This document shows positions 62,660 to 64,000 of a DNA stretch of 64,000 nucleotides, one piece after another. How positions within the stretch are numbered: position 1 is the first letter of the stretch; each line of letters starts with the position of its first letter. The position numbers and the translations under genes are program-made. The notes under the pieces are model-generated. The model was given only the letters and a program-made list of their open reading frames with translations, was not told the DNA's origin and ran no database searches. The DNA comes from Octopus vulgaris. Taxonomy: Eukaryota. The stretch is taken from positions 108,996,001 through 109,060,000 of the forward strand of contig OX597820.1 of the NCBI GenBank assembly GCA_951406725.2. Direction: 5' to 3'.

Positions 62660-64000
62660 GTCACAATTTGTAATTTTTTATCATTGTATTGGATATATAA
62701 TATAACAAAGTAGTGGGGAAGAAAGTATGTACATAACACACTACTATTCCTATTACATGAGACTCAATGTTCTATGTCAAAGGTTCACAGTGAACTGCTA
62801 GTTACACGAACTACCAATCACTCACACTTAAAGGGTGGTTGGAATCCTTCCACAACGTCTCCTCTTTTTAGAATCAGTTTCCCTTACCTTCTCCCCTTTT
62901 AAGAATTGAACTCCACTTTGAGTTTTAATATCACTTACATTTAGGGTTAAATTCCATTGTTTCCATTCTTTTCCATTTTCTAGTGCTATAACGTCTAGTT
63001 TCAAATTGTTTGGGTGTTGGTACATCAAATGTGTCATACAATACTTCCATAGGGATTTCATTTCTCATGACTGTTTTTTCTGTGAATCTTTTCTTAAGCT
63101 GGTTAATGTCTTTTGTATTCAGCCTTCTTTCCTTTTACCAGGAATATCATTTTTCCAATTTGTTTAATTATTATACCGTCCTCCCAGCTTTCTTTACCAT
63201 ATCTATAGGTTTTTAAAAAAAACTTTGTCACCTAACATGAAGAATTTTGAAGTATTTTTGTTGTTTGCCTTTTTTTAATTTTCACTTGGTATTAGCTTAT
63301 CAAAAACAGATCTGACCTTTCTAACAAGCATCAGTTCAGTGGGCGACATGCCTGATTGTGTATTCGGATTAGGAATTACTCGGTACACTTTTAGAAATTA
63401 TTGAAGTGCAAAATTGTCCATCACTTCATTGTTCACCTTTTTCAACGCCCTCTTGAAAGTGTCAACAAAACGCTCTGCTTGTCCATTTGATCTAGGATGA
63501 CAAAGCATAGTGGTGACATGTTCGATAACAAACATTTTGCAAAATTTTCTGAACTTGTCTGACATAAATTGAGTTCCATTAACCGACACAATGCTGTCTG
63601 GAATACCATACCAGGTGAACAATTCATATAAAAAACATATTGTAACTGTAGATGTCGGCTTTTTACATTTATGCACTTCCAGCTTCTTTGAAAAACTATC
63701 CACCATGACAAGGTAATATGAACCCTTAAGGGGACCTGCATAATCAATATGCAGTCTGGCCCATGGAACATCTGTTTTTGGCCACAGTTGCCATTTAGTG
63801 GTAGGTGATTTTTCAGCTAAGGTATACCCTCTGCATGCTTTCACTGATTCTTCAATGTCACAGTCCATTGCTGGCCAATATACGTAACTTCTCACTAATG
63901 ATTTCATTCTCGAAATTCTTGGGTGATTCATATGAAATTCTGTTAATAATTGCTTTTGTAGTGTGGCATGCACTATAACTATTTGTGCATACATCAACAT
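62660..64000 (-). mobile_element. Ty3/Gypsy integrase region and 3' end in KAT8 intron 7
   Basis: HMNHPRISRMK..YVYWP, RLHIDYAGP, VDSFSK, NGTQF, HPRSNGQAERFV; purine tract aaaaggggagaagg at ~62888-62900; related to 40780-44430. Confidence 0.9.

Overview
AT-rich, microsatellite- and transposon-dense eukaryotic DNA; the SINE/LINE repertoire suggests an octopus (inference). There are two host genes. On the + strand, KAT8/MOF (MYST histone acetyltransferase) has 7 in-phase coding exons from 49452 to 62554 and continues beyond the window. On the - strand, an unidentified Lys/Ser-rich, S/T-P-x-K-rich protein gene has a predicted ATG at 29669 and runs off the window start; it has a ~2.4 kb exon carrying a 30-bp coding minisatellite with an apparent 1-bp frameshift. 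The rest is mostly decayed mobile DNA: two piggyBacs flanking that exon, Penelope-like elements, RepHel Helitron fragments and non-autonomous Helitrons, Gypsy, RTE LINE, Tigger, mariner, SINEs and a nest of MITEs/foldbacks. The most interesting observations are: (1) an LTR element with no tRNA-type primer-binding site, whose PBS position is complementary to its own LTR start (candidate self-priming); (2) minimal hammerhead-ribozyme motifs in an intron; (3) a 180-bp microhomology-flanked templated insertion; (4) the coding repeat array with stepwise variants. All calls come from reading the sequence by eye; no database searches were run.
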